Source: Planctomycetota bacterium (GTDB lineage: Bacteria > Planctomycetota > UBA1135 > UBA2386). From it: DNA of 64,000 nt. Below are positions 1 through 9,885 of the stretch, piece after piece; positions within the stretch are counted from its first letter, which is position 1; every line of letters starts with the position of its first letter. A program made the position numbers and the translations under genes. Location: positions 576,001 to 640,000 of the forward strand of contig JBKAGP010000001.1 in the NCBI GenBank assembly GCA_046290465.1, written 5' to 3'. The notes beneath the pieces are model-generated. The model had not been told where the DNA came from. It did not search any database and was given only the letters and a program-made list of their open reading frames with translations.

Positions 1-1734
1 TTCGTGCGCAACATGGTGGCCGGCTCGACCGGCCTGGACCTCGCGATGTTGATCGTCGCGGCCGACGACGGCGTGATGCCGCAGACGATCGAGCACGTCG
101 AGATTCTCGACCTGCTGCAGGTTCGCGGCGGTCTGGTCGTGATGACCAAGATCGACGTCGTCGACGAACTGCTGGTCGAGGTGGCCGAGGAGGAGGTGCG
201 CGAGCTGGTGCAGGGCACCGTGCTCGAAGGCGCCGAGTTCTGCCGCGTCAGTTCGATCACCGGCGACGGCATCCCCGAGCTCAAGGCGAAGCTCGAAGCG
301 CTGGCGATGTCGGTCGAGCCGCGCCAGAGCCACGGCCCGTTCCGGATGCCGATCCAGCGGGTGTTCTCGCTGCCCGGGATCGGCACCGTCGTGACCGGCA
401 TCCCGCTGTCGGGCTCCGTCCGGCCGGGTGCCGAGCTCGAGATCCTGCCGCTCGCAGAACGCGTCAAGGTGCGCGGCATCCACGCCTACGGCGGCAAGGT
501 CGAAGAGGCGGTCGCGGGCCACAGCACCGCGCTGTCGGTGCCCGACGCCAAGGAGGCCGGCGTGCATCGCGGCATGGTCGCCGCCGAGCCCGACATGTTC
601 GGCAGCGGCGACGCCGTCGACGTCGAGCTGGCACTCACGCCGCGGTCGCCCAAGCTCGAGCACCGCGTGCCGATCCGGTTCCACACCGGCACCGTCGAGG
701 TGCTCGGCCAGCTGCTGCTGCTCGATCGCGATCGCGCGGCCGCCGGCGACCAGTTCGTGGCGCGTCTCGAGCTGGACGAGCCGGTCGCCTGCTACGCCGG
801 CGACCGCTTCCTGCTGCGGCTGCAGAACCCGGTGGTCACCGTCGGCGGCGGCCGGATCCTGCGTCTTGAGGAGTCGGGCCGCTACCGCCGCAAGGACCTC
901 GGCAGCGAACTGCAGGGCATCGTCGACGCCGGCGACCAGCCCGAGGCACGCGTGCTGCACGAACTCGAGCAGGCCGGCCCGGTCGGCTGCCCGGTCGACG
1001 ACCTGGCGCGCGCGCTCGGTGTCGAGGAGGGCAAGGTCGTCGAGCTGGTTGGCCAGCTGCCCGAGGCCGAACTGTACGACAAGGGCATGCGCGTGTTCCT
1101 GCGGCAGCAGGTGCTCGACGGCGAGCAGGAGCTGCTGACGAGCGTCGACAAGATCCTGGCGCGCCGGCCGGCGGCCGCGTCGATCCAGCGCTCCGCGATC
1201 CGCACGACCCGCACGTTGCCGCAGCAGCTGGTCGAGTTCGTGTTCGCCAAGCTGCAGGACGCCGGCCGCGTGCGCGCCGGCCGGCAGGGGCAGATCCTGT
1301 TCCTCGAACGGCTGAAGCCGCTGCCCGCCGAGCAGCAGGCGCAGTTCGACAAGATCGTCTCGGAATGCGAGAACCGCGCGTTCCGTCCGCCGACCCTCGA
1401 CGAGCTCGCCGAGGTCGTCTCGCTGCGCGGGGACGCGCTGCTGTCGCTGATTGATCGCGCCCAGGACGAGGCCAAGCTCGACAAGGTCGCCGAGCACTAC
1501 TACGGCGCGTCGGTGGTGCGCTCGGTGCTGCACCGGATCCGCGACAACTGCCTTGCCAACGACGAGGTGCTCGACATCCCGGCGCTGCGCGACGGGCTCG
1601 ACACGAGCCGCAAGTTCCTGATCCCGTTGCTCGAATACGTCGACTCGCTCGGCCTGACGGTGCTGCGCGGCGGCGTGCGCCGCCTGCTGCCGTCCTCGGC
1701 GATCAGCCGCGAACTGGCGGCCGAGCGCGGCTGA
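1..1734 (+). CDS. selB: Selenocysteine-specific translation elongation factor SelB (5' end lies before the window)
   Basis: GTPase segment [27 protein letters not shown] (G4), VSSITG, EF-Tu domain II motif [20 protein letters not shown], and the C-terminal winged-helix motif [16 protein letters not shown] typical of SelB. Confidence 0.93.
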   Translation, partial: FVRNMVAGSTGLDLAMLIVAADDGVMPQTIEHVEILDLLQVRGGLVVMTKIDVVDELLVEVAEEEVRELVQGTVLEGAEFCRVSSITGDGIPELKAKLEALAMSVEPRQSHGPFRMPIQRVFSLPGIGTVVTGIPLSGSVRPGAELEILPLAERVKVRGIHAYGGKVEEAVAGHSTALSVPDAKEAGVHRGMVAAEPDMFGSGDAVDVELALTPRSPKLEHRVPIRFHTGTVEVLGQLLLLDRDRAAAGDQFVARLELDEPVACYAGDRFLLRLQNPVVTVGGGRILRLEESGRYRRKDLGSELQGIVDAGDQPEARVLHELEQAGPVGCPVDDLARALGVEEGKVVELVGQLPEAELYDKGMRVFLRQQVLDGEQELLTSVDKILARRPAAASIQRSAIRTTRTLPQQLVEFVFAKLQDAGRVRAGRQGQILFLERLKPLPAEQQAQFDKIVSECENRAFRPPTLDELAEVVSLRGDALLSLIDRAQDEAKLDKVAEHYYGASVVRSVLHRIRDNCLANDEVLDIPALRDGLDTSRKFLIPLLEYVDSLGLTVLRGGVRRLLPSSAISRELAAERG

Positions 1735-1926
1735 ACGTTCCGGAGCGTCCGGTCACGTTCCATTCGCGACGGGCCCTTCGCGACGGGCCGTCCCGGATCG
1801 AATCTCGGCCCGTCGTGCCACGCGGATCGGGCGCGACTTGCGCAGCCGGTGCGATCCGGGGCACCCCTCAGTCCGAGGCGTCCGGATGCCGATAGGGAGT
1901 TGTCCACCGGACCCACGGAGCAGCTC

Positions 1927-4266
1927 ATGACGGGTGATACCCATAACAACGACGACGCGGACTTCCTCGACGAGGACTTCGTCGTCGAGGACATCGTCGG
2001 CAAGAACGACGACCTCGAGGACCTGTTCGACGAACCGGCCCAGCCGGAAGCAGAAGATCTCGCGGCCGCCGACGACCCTGCCGACAAGGCGGACGCGGAC
2101 AAGGACGAGGACGACCTGCTGTTCACGGACCATACCGAGGGTCTGGATGCCGAGGAGCCGTTCCAGAAGCCGACGTTCGCGGAGGACGGCGAGTCGCAGT
2201 GGAGCGGGGAGGAGCTCGATCTCGAGTCCGTCGGCGACGACACGATGGGCGTGCCCGACGCGACGCTCGAGGACGAAGAGGCGATGGCCGACCCCGAGCT
2301 GGTCGAGGCCAAGGAGACGTTCGCGTCCGAACTCGACTCGATGCTGGGTGACGAAGAGGACTTCGCGCTCGACAGCGAAGCCGACCTGCAGCTGGTCGGC
2401 GACGACGGCATCAGCGAGTTCGAGCAGTCGGGACCGTTCGTGCTCGACGACGGCGAAGGCCTGTGGAGCGACGAGGCCGAGGCCGACGGCGCGCAGCCGT
2501 TGGCCGAGCAGGCGTTCGCCGAGCAGCCGGGCGACGAGCAGCCGGCGGTCGGGGCGTTCGACGACGAGGACCAGGACGACACGTTCGAGGTGGCCGACGA
2601 CCAGACGATGGTCGCCGAAGGCAACCCGTTCGTGAACATGACCCACGAACTGCCGCCGGAGTCGGTCGACGCCAGCGAGGCGCCGACCCAGGTCGGCGAC
2701 GGTGCGTTCGACGAGCTGGACGAGGTCGCTGCGGCCGGCGGTGCCGAAGCCGCGGCCGAGCACGTCGAAGACGGCTACGAGGAGATGCAGCTGCTCGACG
2801 CGGCCGAAGGTGGTGAGGTCGGCGGGGCCGGCTGGGAGCCGCTGCCGGCGACGTCGGTGGACGCGCTCTCCGAGGTCGACGAGATCCAGCGTGCCGACGA
2901 GGTCGAGTACGACACGTCGGGCTACGAGGAGGACGAGGTCTACGACGAGGCCGAGGGCGACGAACCGGGCTACGAGGACGAGTACGCCGAACACGAGTAC
3001 ACGCCCGAAGAGCTCGAGGGGGTCGACGGCCACGACATCTACGCCGAGGACGAGGACGAGCACGAGGCGGTGGTCGTCGGGGGGCCGGGTTCGGGCCGCA
3101 GGCGTTCGTGGAGCCTGCTGCTGTCGCTCGCGGCGTCGGTGATGATCCTGGGGCTGGCGGCGACCGTGGTGGTCCGGCCGGCGTGGTTCGGCCTGAGCGT
3201 CGAGCCCGAGCAGGTCGCCCGCGTCGAGGTGCCGCGGCCGCGCGTCGAACTCGACGTGGCGGAGCCGCCGAAGGTGGAGGCTGCGGTCGCGCCGAACGAG
3301 ACGCAGCCGTCCGATACCGATCCCGAGGCACCGACCACGGCGCCGACGTCGGAGGGGCCGACCCCGCCGAACGAGGCCGTGCCGAGCGAGACCCAGCCCG
3401 GAGATACCCAGCCCGGAGAAACCCAGCCGGCAGAGAACCAGCCAGGCGAGGCCCAGCCGGGGGAGAACCAGCCGGGCGAGAACCAGCCGAACCCGACCGC
3501 GCCGGTCGACCCGCCGACCGCCGAGGATCCGCCGCAGCCGCAGATCGGCCAGGGCGAACCGTCGGCCACCACGCCCGACGTCGTGGTCGCGCCGACGGCC
3601 GGCGGCACCGAAGGGCCGGTCGCCGTCGACACCCCGAAGCCCGACAGCTGGCCGGTCGCGCCGACGGCGCAGGAGCCCGAGGTCGAGGCCAAGGGCGAGA
3701 CGCTGGCCCGCTTCGGCGACAACCTGCTGGTCGGCGGCATGGGCCAGGGGGACACGTCGAACGGCAACGCGCTCGACGGGGTGCTGCCGGGTAGCCGCGC
3801 GTTCGCGCAGCTGCACAACGGCAACTACTTCATCGGCAAGGTCAAGCAGATCGCTGGCGAGACGATCACGCTGCGCGTCGACACCGGCGAGGTCACGCTG
3901 CCGACGATCGAGATCGCGCAGCTGACGAGGCTCGGCTCCAACGACTACGACGACCTGCAGCGCGCCACCAAGGGCTTCGTGCGGCTGACCAACAACAACC
4001 GCCTGGTCGGCGGCATCCTCAGCCGGATCGCCGACGACCACATCGTGCTCGAGTTCCGCAGCAACCGCGTGATGCTGCCCAAGTCGGTGGTCGGCGAGAT
4101 CGTCAGCGGCGAGGACGACAGCAACGTCCGCCTCGGCACGACGCGCGAAGAGGACAACTGGCTCAAGAAGATCGCCGAACGCGAGCTCGGCAACGGCCGC
4201 GGCGCCGAGGTCGAGCCCAAGCCGAAGACCCCGGGCGGCGCTGCGCGCAGCGGCCCGCCCAGGTAG
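1927..4266 (+). CDS. Single-pass membrane protein: very acidic N-terminal region, Pro-rich linker, two small C-terminal beta domains; function unknown
   Basis: ATG 1927 preceded by GGAG; ~390 aa Asp/Glu-rich; TM segment SLLLSLAASVMILGLAATVVV after RRR; [ED][TNA]QPG repeats; duplicated L-x-N-[GN]-N-x3-G beta modules; strong GC3 codon bias. Confidence 0.8.
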   Translation: MTGDTHNNDDADFLDEDFVVEDIVGKNDDLEDLFDEPAQPEAEDLAAADDPADKADADKDEDDLLFTDHTEGLDAEEPFQKPTFAEDGESQWSGEELDLESVGDDTMGVPDATLEDEEAMADPELVEAKETFASELDSMLGDEEDFALDSEADLQLVGDDGISEFEQSGPFVLDDGEGLWSDEAEADGAQPLAEQAFAEQPGDEQPAVGAFDDEDQDDTFEVADDQTMVAEGNPFVNMTHELPPESVDASEAPTQVGDGAFDELDEVAAAGGAEAAAEHVEDGYEEMQLLDAAEGGEVGGAGWEPLPATSVDALSEVDEIQRADEVEYDTSGYEEDEVYDEAEGDEPGYEDEYAEHEYTPEELEGVDGHDIYAEDEDEHEAVVVGGPGSGRRRSWSLLLSLAASVMILGLAATVVVRPAWFGLSVEPEQVARVEVPRPRVELDVAEPPKVEAAVAPNETQPSDTDPEAPTTAPTSEGPTPPNEAVPSETQPGDTQPGETQPAENQPGEAQPGENQPGENQPNPTAPVDPPTAEDPPQPQIGQGEPSATTPDVVVAPTAGGTEGPVAVDTPKPDSWPVAPTAQEPEVEAKGETLARFGDNLLVGGMGQGDTSNGNALDGVLPGSRAFAQLHNGNYFIGKVKQIAGETITLRVDTGEVTLPTIEIAQLTRLGSNDYDDLQRATKGFVRLTNNNRLVGGILSRIADDHIVLEFRSNRVMLPKSVVGEIVSGEDDSNVRLGTTREEDNWLKKIAERELGNGRGAEVEPKPKTPGGAARSGPPR
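3388..3492 (+). repeat. Coding tandem repeat, 7 x 15 bp (ETQPG-like pentapeptide)
   Basis: gagacccagcccgga/gatacccagcccgga/gaaacccagccggca/gagaaccagccaggc/gaggcccagccgggg/gagaaccagccgggc/gagaaccagccgaac. Confidence 0.9.
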
Positions 4267-4326
4267 TCTGCCGCGGAGTCGAAGGTCGGGGCGCGCTCCG
4301 GCCGGCGGACTCGCTAAGCTGCCGCC

Positions 4327-4842
4327 GTGCAGACCTGCCCCGAATGCGGCAACCACGACATGCGCGTCGTCCAGCGTGACGGCGCGTCCGTGCACGAGTG
4401 CGGGCTGTGCGGGGCGACCTTCGGCGACCGTCGCGCGGTGCGTGGAGCGGAGCTGGCGGACGAGGCGTTCGCACGCGGCGTCGACGAGGAGATCTGGCCG
4501 CTGGCCCGCGTGCTCGAACGACTGCCGGGGTTCACGCTCGGCAGCTGCAGCGCCGGCGGCCGCGGCGGCCTGCCGTTCGTCGAGCTGGTGGTCGCCGGCC
4601 ACGAGGCGCTGGTCCAGCTCGAGAACCTGGCCAAGGCCGTGCGGCTGGCGGCGGGTGCCCTGCGGTGTCGCTGGCTGCTCGAAGCTCGCTTCGAGAACAC
4701 CCTGGTGGTCGTGGTGCGCGCCGACGGCGGGGAGCAGGAGTTGCGCGATGCTCGCATCGACGTCGAGGCGCTCGCGCGGCACGTCGATCGGGACATGCGT
4801 CTGACGTGGTGGCGGCATGCAGAGGACGGCCAGAACGGATAG
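4327..4842 (+). CDS. Hypothetical protein with N-terminal zinc ribbon (CxxC...CxxC)
   Basis: GTG start; CPEC...CGLC; fills the gap between neighbours; TAAGCT 6 nt upstream of the start. Confidence 0.7.
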   Translation: MQTCPECGNHDMRVVQRDGASVHECGLCGATFGDRRAVRGAELADEAFARGVDEEIWPLARVLERLPGFTLGSCSAGGRGGLPFVELVVAGHEALVQLENLAKAVRLAAGALRCRWLLEARFENTLVVVVRADGGEQELRDARIDVEALARHVDRDMRLTWWRHAEDGQNG

Positions 4843-4887
4843 CCTGCGTCGAGACCCCGACGACCGATCCGCACGCTCCGTCCGCAC

Positions 4888-6462
4888 ATGTACCGTTCCC
4901 TGTCGCTGCTGTTCATCCTGTTCGCGTCCGCTGTGCTTACCGCGCAGTCCGACCTCGAGGGCCGCCTCGATGCCGTCAAGGAGTTCGACCGCTACTTTCG
5001 CAAGGCCAAGGAGGAGGCGCTGCAGGTCGAGGCGGTGATGACCCTCGAGGGCAACGAGTGCCTGCCGGCGGCGGAGTCGCTGATCAAGCTGCTGACGCAC
5101 AAGTCGCCGGCGGTGCAGGACGCGGCGCTGACGGTGCTGGGCGGCTATCGGGAGCAGGCGACCTTCCAGCCGTGGATCGACGAGCTGCCAAAGGAGAGGG
5201 ACGCCAGGAAGGCCGCGGTCACGATCAAGCTGTGCGGCCGCTCGAAGCTGCGCGGCGCGGTGCCGGCGATCGAGGAGTACATCCAGAACGCCAAGCGGCT
5301 CGACGGACCGGTCAAGTACGAGACCGCGCGCGCGCTGATGGCGATCGGGGACCCGGGCAAGACCGGTCTGCTGGGCCAGTTCGTCGAGGACCCGGACGCG
5401 CCGGTGCGCATGGCCGCGTGCGATGCGATCGCAAAGCTGAAGGTCAAGGAGCTCGGCCCGGCGGTGACCAAGCTGCTCGAGGACGACGAGTGGCAGGTGC
5501 AGACGGCCGCGATCGAGGCGGTCGCGGTGCTGCGCCCGCAACAGGCGGTGCAGCCGCTGATCGACCTGATGCGCGAGTCGGGCCGGCTGCGCACCGAGTG
5601 CGCCGACGCGCTGTTCCGGATCACCGCGCTCGACTTCGGGGTCGACCCGGAGAAGTGGCAGCAGCAGTGGACCAAGCTGATGTCGATCGACGGCTGGCGC
5701 ATCCCGACCGACGAGGAGCTGGCGCAGAAGATCGCGAGCCGCAAGAAGTACGACGCCTTCTACGGCAAGAAGGACGAGACCAACTCGTTCGCCGGGATCC
5801 CGACGACGTCGACCAACGTGCTGTTCGTGATCGACGTGTCGGGCTCGATGGACGACCTGGTGGTCGAGGTCGACAAGTTCCGCGAGTACCGCGACCGCAA
5901 GCGGTTCACGATCGTGCAGACCGAGCTGCTCAACACGATCGAGACGCTGTCGAAGGACACCAACTTCAACATCGTGGCGTTCGCGACCGACCTCGACCCG
6001 TGGAAGAAGCGGCTGGTGCCGGCCAACGTCGTCAACCGGGACTCGGCCAAGCAGTTCGTCGAACGGCTCAAGCCGATCGGCGGCAGCGAGTCGCAGGAGC
6101 TGGCGGCGTCGGGACTCGGCGGCAGCGCCAACCTCGCCGCCGGCAAGACCAACACGCTGAAGGCGCTGCTCTACGGCTTCGGCATCGATCCCGAGAAGCC
6201 GAAGAAGAAGGCCGCGGTGACCGGCTACGACAAGAAGGCGATCAAGGAGAAGCGGCCGCTCGACACCATCTACTTCCTCAGCGATGGCCGTCCGTCGGTC
6301 GGCAAGCTGATCGAGCCGATGGAGATCCTCGCCGAAGTGCGCAAGCACAACGATCTGTACCGGATGGTCATCCACACGATCGCGATCGGCGACTTCCAGA
6401 AGAACTTCCTCGACCAGCTCGCGCGCGAGAACGGCGGCGTGTTCGTCGACCTGGGGCGCTGA
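4888..6462 (+). CDS. Secreted HEAT-repeat plus von Willebrand factor A domain protein
   Basis: Signal peptide; HEAT repeats (DPDAPVRMAACDAIAKL, DDEWQVQTAAIEAV); vWA MIDAS motif FVIDVSGSM and IYFLSDGRP, ending LARENGG. Confidence 0.85.
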   Translation: MYRSLSLLFILFASAVLTAQSDLEGRLDAVKEFDRYFRKAKEEALQVEAVMTLEGNECLPAAESLIKLLTHKSPAVQDAALTVLGGYREQATFQPWIDELPKERDARKAAVTIKLCGRSKLRGAVPAIEEYIQNAKRLDGPVKYETARALMAIGDPGKTGLLGQFVEDPDAPVRMAACDAIAKLKVKELGPAVTKLLEDDEWQVQTAAIEAVAVLRPQQAVQPLIDLMRESGRLRTECADALFRITALDFGVDPEKWQQQWTKLMSIDGWRIPTDEELAQKIASRKKYDAFYGKKDETNSFAGIPTTSTNVLFVIDVSGSMDDLVVEVDKFREYRDRKRFTIVQTELLNTIETLSKDTNFNIVAFATDLDPWKKRLVPANVVNRDSAKQFVERLKPIGGSESQELAASGLGGSANLAAGKTNTLKALLYGFGIDPEKPKKKAAVTGYDKKAIKEKRPLDTIYFLSDGRPSVGKLIEPMEILAEVRKHNDLYRMVIHTIAIGDFQKNFLDQLARENGGVFVDLGR

Positions 6463-6491
6463 GCGGCGGCGGGGCCGCGCCGGCGGCCGGC

Positions 6492-6578
6492 CTATCGGGC
6501 CAAAGCCCCGTCCGCGGCGTACACGCCGCTTCCGCGATCACGGTTGGCAGCGCGTCCACTACATGGACGCGCTCCTAG
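6492..6578. repeat. ~85-bp palindromic extragenic repeat, copy 1 (REP/MITE-like), ending in CTAG
   Basis: Near-identical to 8607-8693; contains a 10-bp hairpin AGCGCGTCCA-ctaca-TGGACGCGCT followed by CCTAG. Confidence 0.85.
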
Positions 6579-7828
6579 CCGAGCGGCTCGCGGCCGCGCA
6601 GCAGGCCGCGCGGTCGCAGCCACAGCGCGACCGCGGTCGCCAGCGCACCGGCACCGGCGGCGGTGAACAGCACGCGCGCCATGCCTTCGCGTTCTTGCAG
6701 GTGGAACAGCAGCACGTTGGCGACCGCGTAGACGGCGCGCGCGCCGAGCGACAGCACCGACAGCACCGTGGTGCGCGCGTGCGAGCCGATGCGGTGGTTG
6801 ACGAACTCGTGGATCAGCGACCAGTGCATCGCGAACGGCACCTGCTGTACGAAGAACATCGCGACGCCGATCCAGCAGAACCAGGTGACGGCGCCGCCGG
6901 ACGCGGCGGCGCGGCGCTCGAACGCCATCACCAGCATCGACGCGCACAGCACCAGCGGCATGCCCCAGAACAGCGGCCGTCGCCCCCAGCGCGCCACCAG
7001 CTGCGGCACCTTCGAACTCAGCGGGGCGGCGAACAGGTTGAGCAGCGCGAAGATCACGCCGACGGCAATCGCGTTGGCGAACAGCGGTTCGGTCTCGCCG
7101 ATCGCCTCGAGGTACGGCTGGTAGTTGTGGAACGGGAACCGCAGCAGCGTGAACAGCACCACCCAATACAGCAGCAGCCAGCGCACCGGGGTCTTGCGCA
7201 GTTCGTCGCCGGCATGGCGCAGGAACGGCGCGCGGACCCGTTCGGGAGCGACGATCGTGCGCGGCCCGAGCAGGCGCGAAGCCAGCAGCGCGGCGACCAG
7301 GTTGAGCGCCGCCGTGGCGAGGATCGCCGGCTCGTAGGCGGTGCCGTGCTCGTTGCCGAAGCGCACCAGCGTCCCGCCGAGCAGGAATGCGGTGCCGGTG
7401 CCGTAGAGCCGGCGGGCGTGCACCCGGCTCTCCTCGGCGAGGTAGCGCTGTTCCTGGCCGTGCGCCTTCAGCGTCTCGTAGAGCACGACGGTCGGCGGGC
7501 CGGACAGCACCGAGTGGCCGAGCCCGAGCAGGATCTCGCCGAGCACGAAGCCCGGGTAGTCGCGCCACAGCACGAAGGTCGCGAACCCGGCCGCCAGCAG
7601 CCCGGGGCCGATGACCAGCATGCGGCGCGCGCCGAACCGGTCCGCGAGCACCCCGGTGGGCACTTCCGCGACGAACATCGTCAGGTAGTACGCGGTCAGG
7701 ATCTCGCCGTACTCGCCGGCGCTCATGCCGTGATCCGCGAAGAACAGGAACAGGAACGGCACGCACGCGAACGGATAGGTGACCAGCGCGTAGCTGCGCA
7801 GCCAGCGGAGCTGTCGTTCGAGATGCAA
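6575..7828 (-). CDS. MFS transporter
   Basis: Probable TTG start at 7828; motif A EVPTGVLADRFGARR; many hydrophobic segments; RTTVLS motif in the C-terminal half. Confidence 0.88.
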   Translation of the reverse strand: MHLERQLRWLRSYALVTYPFACVPFLFLFFADHGMSAGEYGEILTAYYLTMFVAEVPTGVLADRFGARRMLVIGPGLLAAGFATFVLWRDYPGFVLGEILLGLGHSVLSGPPTVVLYETLKAHGQEQRYLAEESRVHARRLYGTGTAFLLGGTLVRFGNEHGTAYEPAILATAALNLVAALLASRLLGPRTIVAPERVRAPFLRHAGDELRKTPVRWLLLYWVVLFTLLRFPFHNYQPYLEAIGETEPLFANAIAVGVIFALLNLFAAPLSSKVPQLVARWGRRPLFWGMPLVLCASMLVMAFERRAAASGGAVTWFCWIGVAMFFVQQVPFAMHWSLIHEFVNHRIGSHARTTVLSVLSLGARAVYAVANVLLFHLQEREGMARVLFTAAGAGALATAVALWLRPRGLLRGREPLG

Positions 7829-7893
7829 GCGGCGCAGCGTCGCGCTTGGCCGCGACGGTTGCAATCGTCGAGCGCGGTGGCGACGGTAGGGGA

Positions 7894-8610
7894 GTGAGGT
7901 CCCGTTCGCTGCTGGCCATCCCGCTGGTCTGGCTGCTCGCCGCGTGTGCCGCCGGCGTGCCGATCGACCGCGCCGTCGAGCAGCAATGGGCGACCGACGT
8001 GCTGCTCGGTGCCGAGTCCGGCCACCGGCGCGACGGCGTGGTGCGCTGGCGCGGGCCGGTGCGGTTCCTGGTGGTGGAAGCAAAGGACCGCTTCCGCCGC
8101 GCGATCGATCGCGCCTTCGAGGACCTGTCGCGGACGCTCGAGGGCGTGCACCGGCTCGAACTCGAATACGTGCAGCGGCGCGACACGCGCATTGGCGGCG
8201 AGGGCTTCGTCACGGTGTTCCCGGTGGCTCCGGGCCAGGCGGCACTGCTGGCCGCCGAACTCGGCGCGCTGCCGCCGAGCGCCGACGCCGACGGCTGGTT
8301 CACGATCGCCTGGAATGGCGCGTTCGAGCTGACCCGGGCGCTGGTGTTCGTGGATCCGGCGCTGGAGCCGCGCTGGCTGCGGCACACCGCGCTCGAAGAG
8401 ATGTTCCAGTCGCTGGGCCCGAGCAACGACTCGGGCCTGCTGCGCGACTCGCTCGTCTACGAGGGCGAGCACGGCTACGGCTCGCACCAGCGCCTGGCGC
8501 GCGTCGACAGGGAGATCCTGCGGTTGCTCTACGGGGCGCTGCTGCCCGGCGCCGACGCGGCCGAGATCGCGCGGGCGATGGCGCGCAGCTGGCGGTTCGA
8601 CGGCGGCTAG
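7894..8610 (+). CDS. DUF2927-like lipoprotein (zincin-like fold)
   Basis: GTG after a GGGGA-like RBS; lipobox LAAC; VVRWRGPVR and LEEMFQSLGPSNDS...D..IL.LLY motifs typical of DUF2927. Confidence 0.7.
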   Translation: MRSRSLLAIPLVWLLAACAAGVPIDRAVEQQWATDVLLGAESGHRRDGVVRWRGPVRFLVVEAKDRFRRAIDRAFEDLSRTLEGVHRLELEYVQRRDTRIGGEGFVTVFPVAPGQAALLAAELGALPPSADADGWFTIAWNGAFELTRALVFVDPALEPRWLRHTALEEMFQSLGPSNDSGLLRDSLVYEGEHGYGSHQRLARVDREILRLLYGALLPGADAAEIARAMARSWRFDGG

Positions 8611-8693
8611 CGGGCAAAGCCCCGTCCGCACGCGTACACGCCGCTTCCGCGATCACGGTCGGCAGCGCGTCCACTACATGGACGCGCTCCTAG
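8607..8693. repeat. ~85-bp palindromic extragenic repeat, copy 2, bounded by CTAG at both ends
   Basis: CTAG(8607-10)-cgggcaaagccccgtccg...agcgcgtccactacatggacgcgctc-CTAG(8690-93); direct repeat of 6492-6578. Confidence 0.85.
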
Positions 8694-8767
8694 AGGACTG
8701 GCTGAGAAGCGGCCGCTCTGGCGCGCTTCGCTTGCATTCGAACCGGTGCCGGGCATTCTCAGCGGCG

Positions 8768-9796
8768 ATGGCGATCGCCGACTTCCGCAGTGACACGATG
8801 ACCGCCCCGTGCCAGCAGATGCGCGCGGCGATGGCGGCGGCCGAGGTCGGCGACGACGTCTGGGGCGAGGACCCGACCGTGACGGCGCTCGAACGGCACG
8901 TCGCGGCGCTGCTCGGCAAGGAGGCTGCGCTGTTCCTGCCGTCGGGCACGATGGCCAACCAGGTCGCGATCCACGTGCACTGCCGTCCCGGCGACGAGCT
9001 GATCTGCGAGGAACGCAGCCACGTGTTCTTCTATGAGGGCGGCGCGATCGCGCGGCTGTCGGGCACCCAGGTGCGCACGCTGACGGCGGCCAGCGGCTTC
9101 CCGGAGCCGGCGCAGGTCGAGGCGGCGGTGCGCCCGGACGATCCGCACTTCCCGCGCTCGCGGCTGCTGGTGGTCGAGAACACCCACAACATGGCCGGGG
9201 GCCGGGTCGCCGACGCGGCGCGCCTAGCCGAACTCGCGGCCGCCGCGCGGCGGCACGGCATGCGCGTGCACTGCGATGGGGCCCGCCTGCTCAACGCCGC
9301 GGTCGCGCTCGGCGTGCCCGCCAGCGAACTGGTCGCGCCGGTCGACACCACCACCCTGTGCCTCAGCAAGGGACTCGGCGCGCCGGTCGGGTCGCTGCTG
9401 GCCGGACCCGGGGACTTCGTGCGCGAGGCGCGCCGGGTCCGCAAGGCGTTCGGCGGCGGCATGCGCCAGGCCGGCGTGCTGGCCGCGGCCGGTCGCATCG
9501 CCGTCGACCGTGGGCCCGCGTGGCTGGCCGAGGACCACCGCCGCGCCCGCGTGCTGGCCGAAGGCCTGCAGGGGCTCGCGTGCGCGACCGTCGACGTCGC
9601 CGCCACCGACAGCAACATCGTGATGATGGACACCGTCGCCGGCGCCGCCGACACGGTGCTCGACGAACTCCAGCGCCACGACGTGCGCGCCGCCAAGGCC
9701 GGCGCCGACCGCATTCGCTTCGTGCTGCACCGGGATCTCGACGATGAGATGGTGCAGCGCTGCCTCGAGATCGTTCGCGGGATCCGAATCCCCTGA
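8768..9796 (+). CDS. ltaE: Low-specificity L-threonine aldolase
   Basis: DFRSDT, GDDVWGEDPTV, PSGTMANQ, ENTHN, HCDGARL, CLSKGLGAPVGS (PLP Lys), GGGMRQAG. Confidence 0.92.
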   Translation: MAIADFRSDTMTAPCQQMRAAMAAAEVGDDVWGEDPTVTALERHVAALLGKEAALFLPSGTMANQVAIHVHCRPGDELICEERSHVFFYEGGAIARLSGTQVRTLTAASGFPEPAQVEAAVRPDDPHFPRSRLLVVENTHNMAGGRVADAARLAELAAAARRHGMRVHCDGARLLNAAVALGVPASELVAPVDTTTLCLSKGLGAPVGSLLAGPGDFVREARRVRKAFGGGMRQAGVLAAAGRIAVDRGPAWLAEDHRRARVLAEGLQGLACATVDVAATDSNIVMMDTVAGAADTVLDELQRHDVRAAKAGADRIRFVLHRDLDDEMVQRCLEIVRGIRIP

Positions 9797-9876
9797 GCGT
9801 TCCGAATCCCCTGAGCTTTCGAATCTCCTGAACGTTCCGAAAGCCCTGAACCTTCCGACCCCCACCCTTCCGAACC
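9783..9876 (+). repeat. Degenerate 17-18-bp tandem repeat (4-5 copies) derived from the ltaE 3' end
   Basis: tccgaatcccctgagcgt / tccgaatcccctgagct / ttcgaatctcctgaacgt / tccgaaagccctgaacct / tccgacc...; the first copy contains the ltaE TGA. Confidence 0.8.
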
Positions 9877-9885
9877 GGACCTCAC

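Noticed and set aside
1753..6375. Very long antisense or alternative-frame ORFs (also 18478-21090 +, 38417-41884 +, 46221-51341 -, 51933-55904 -, 60661-63639 +)
   Set aside because: These are shadow ORFs from high GC3. They overlap well-supported genes, are Arg/Ala/Gly-rich and carry no family motifs.
9783..9876. Possible CRISPR array (also 14442-14490 and 63732-63845)
   Set aside because: The units are contiguous 14-18-bp tandem repeats without unique spacers, and there are no cas genes.
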